Positions 63,126 to 64,000 of a DNA stretch of 64,000 nucleotides are shown here, piece by piece. Within the stretch, counting starts at the first letter, position 1; the number at the start of each line of letters is the position of its first letter. The notes beneath the pieces are model-generated. The model had not been told where the DNA came from. It saw only the letters and a program-made list of their open reading frames with translations, and made no database searches. Position numbers and translations under genes: made by a program. Location of the stretch: assembly GCA_030324005.1 (NCBI GenBank), contig JARDVH010000169.1, positions 10,958,997 to 11,022,996 on the forward strand, in the 5' to 3' direction. Source of the stretch: Negaprion brevirostris (lineage: Eukaryota).

Positions 63126-64000
63126 ACACACAGATGTGGTGCCTTGGTCATTGTCAGTTAACTGCACTGAATGTGTGCCAGGACATTCCATGCCCGAATT
63201 GGCCTGATCAGTCATCTTTGGACACACGGCATCCAGCCTCAAAATGACTAATGGTGTCGAGGTCCTCATCGACGATGATGGACGAACAAGCATTAAAACA
63301 AACAAGTTAGCTTGAAACAGACCAACAATAAAATTCAAATTACCCATGTTCAGGTCTGTGCAGCCCCATTTACAGTTTGCTCATTATTTCTCGCCAATTC
63401 CCTCTTTAAAAATGCTGCTGACAATTCAGCAAATGATGAAGATATATAATCAGGAAATTTCCCAATATCCAACATGGAGAATTGATTGTACCATTTAGTT
63501 TATGGACAGTTTTGGCAAAAATTCAAAACTTTGAATAAAATATTGATGAAACAATTCATCACGAAAGCCATAATCCTGAGATCAACAGCCCTTATTATCT
63601 GCCAACTGAGCTACTCAGGTTATGTATGAACTCCTTGGACAAGCTTTTCTGAATTGTTCGTGGACTTTTCACAGATTATCGGCTTTATATTTGTCAAAAC
63701 ATAATCTTACCCACAATGATGATAATAATAACAATAATAAGTACTACAGCAGTTATAGGGCATTTACAAATGAGGTTTGAATCATATTCAACCAGAAAAA
63801 TAATGCTGGTATGGGTGGTGTGAAATCAATAACTCCTGAAACATAATCACATGTCCAGGAAGTTAACCCAAATTAATTGAGCTCAATTTCTTGCCTCCAG
63901 AAGCAAAGGTATAAAGCTTATTTTGTGCTATCTTTATAACGCGAGTCAGCTTCTAAAAGTTATGAGGTACAATTCTGAATATGCACATGTGCCAATGGTT

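Overview
AT-rich, repeat-dense eukaryotic genomic DNA from a gapped short-read scaffold. The repeat families (HE1/V-SINEs, Deu-domain SINEs, CR1/L2/RTE LINE relics, Penelope-type inverted repeats) point to a cartilaginous fish, most likely a shark; this is an inference. The window lies inside the adenosine kinase gene (ADK, minus strand). Three internal coding exons are present with canonical AG/GT boundaries and compatible phases: 40491-40569 (79 bp), 20139-20311 (173 bp) and 16987-17095 (109 bp). Everything else is intronic, and most ORF-track ORFs are noise or decayed LINE pieces. Main findings: (1) a ~320-bp retroposon with a U2 snRNA-derived head, a second internal U2 copy carrying an octamer motif, hairpins, AATAAA and poly(A) (42107-42425); (2) two Penelope-like inverted-repeat insertions with minimal hammerhead-ribozyme motifs and target-site duplications; (3) a decayed, apparently ORF1-less LINE with a tRNA-like head, plus a short element made of its two ends; (4) three local 170-230 bp duplications, two of them inverted, one interrupting an RTE LINE with a copy of its own 3' flank; (5) a solo LTR inside a SINE; (6) several repeat-free blocks that may be conserved enhancers. 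Repeat boundaries were read by eye and are approximate unless a TSD or splice site is quoted.
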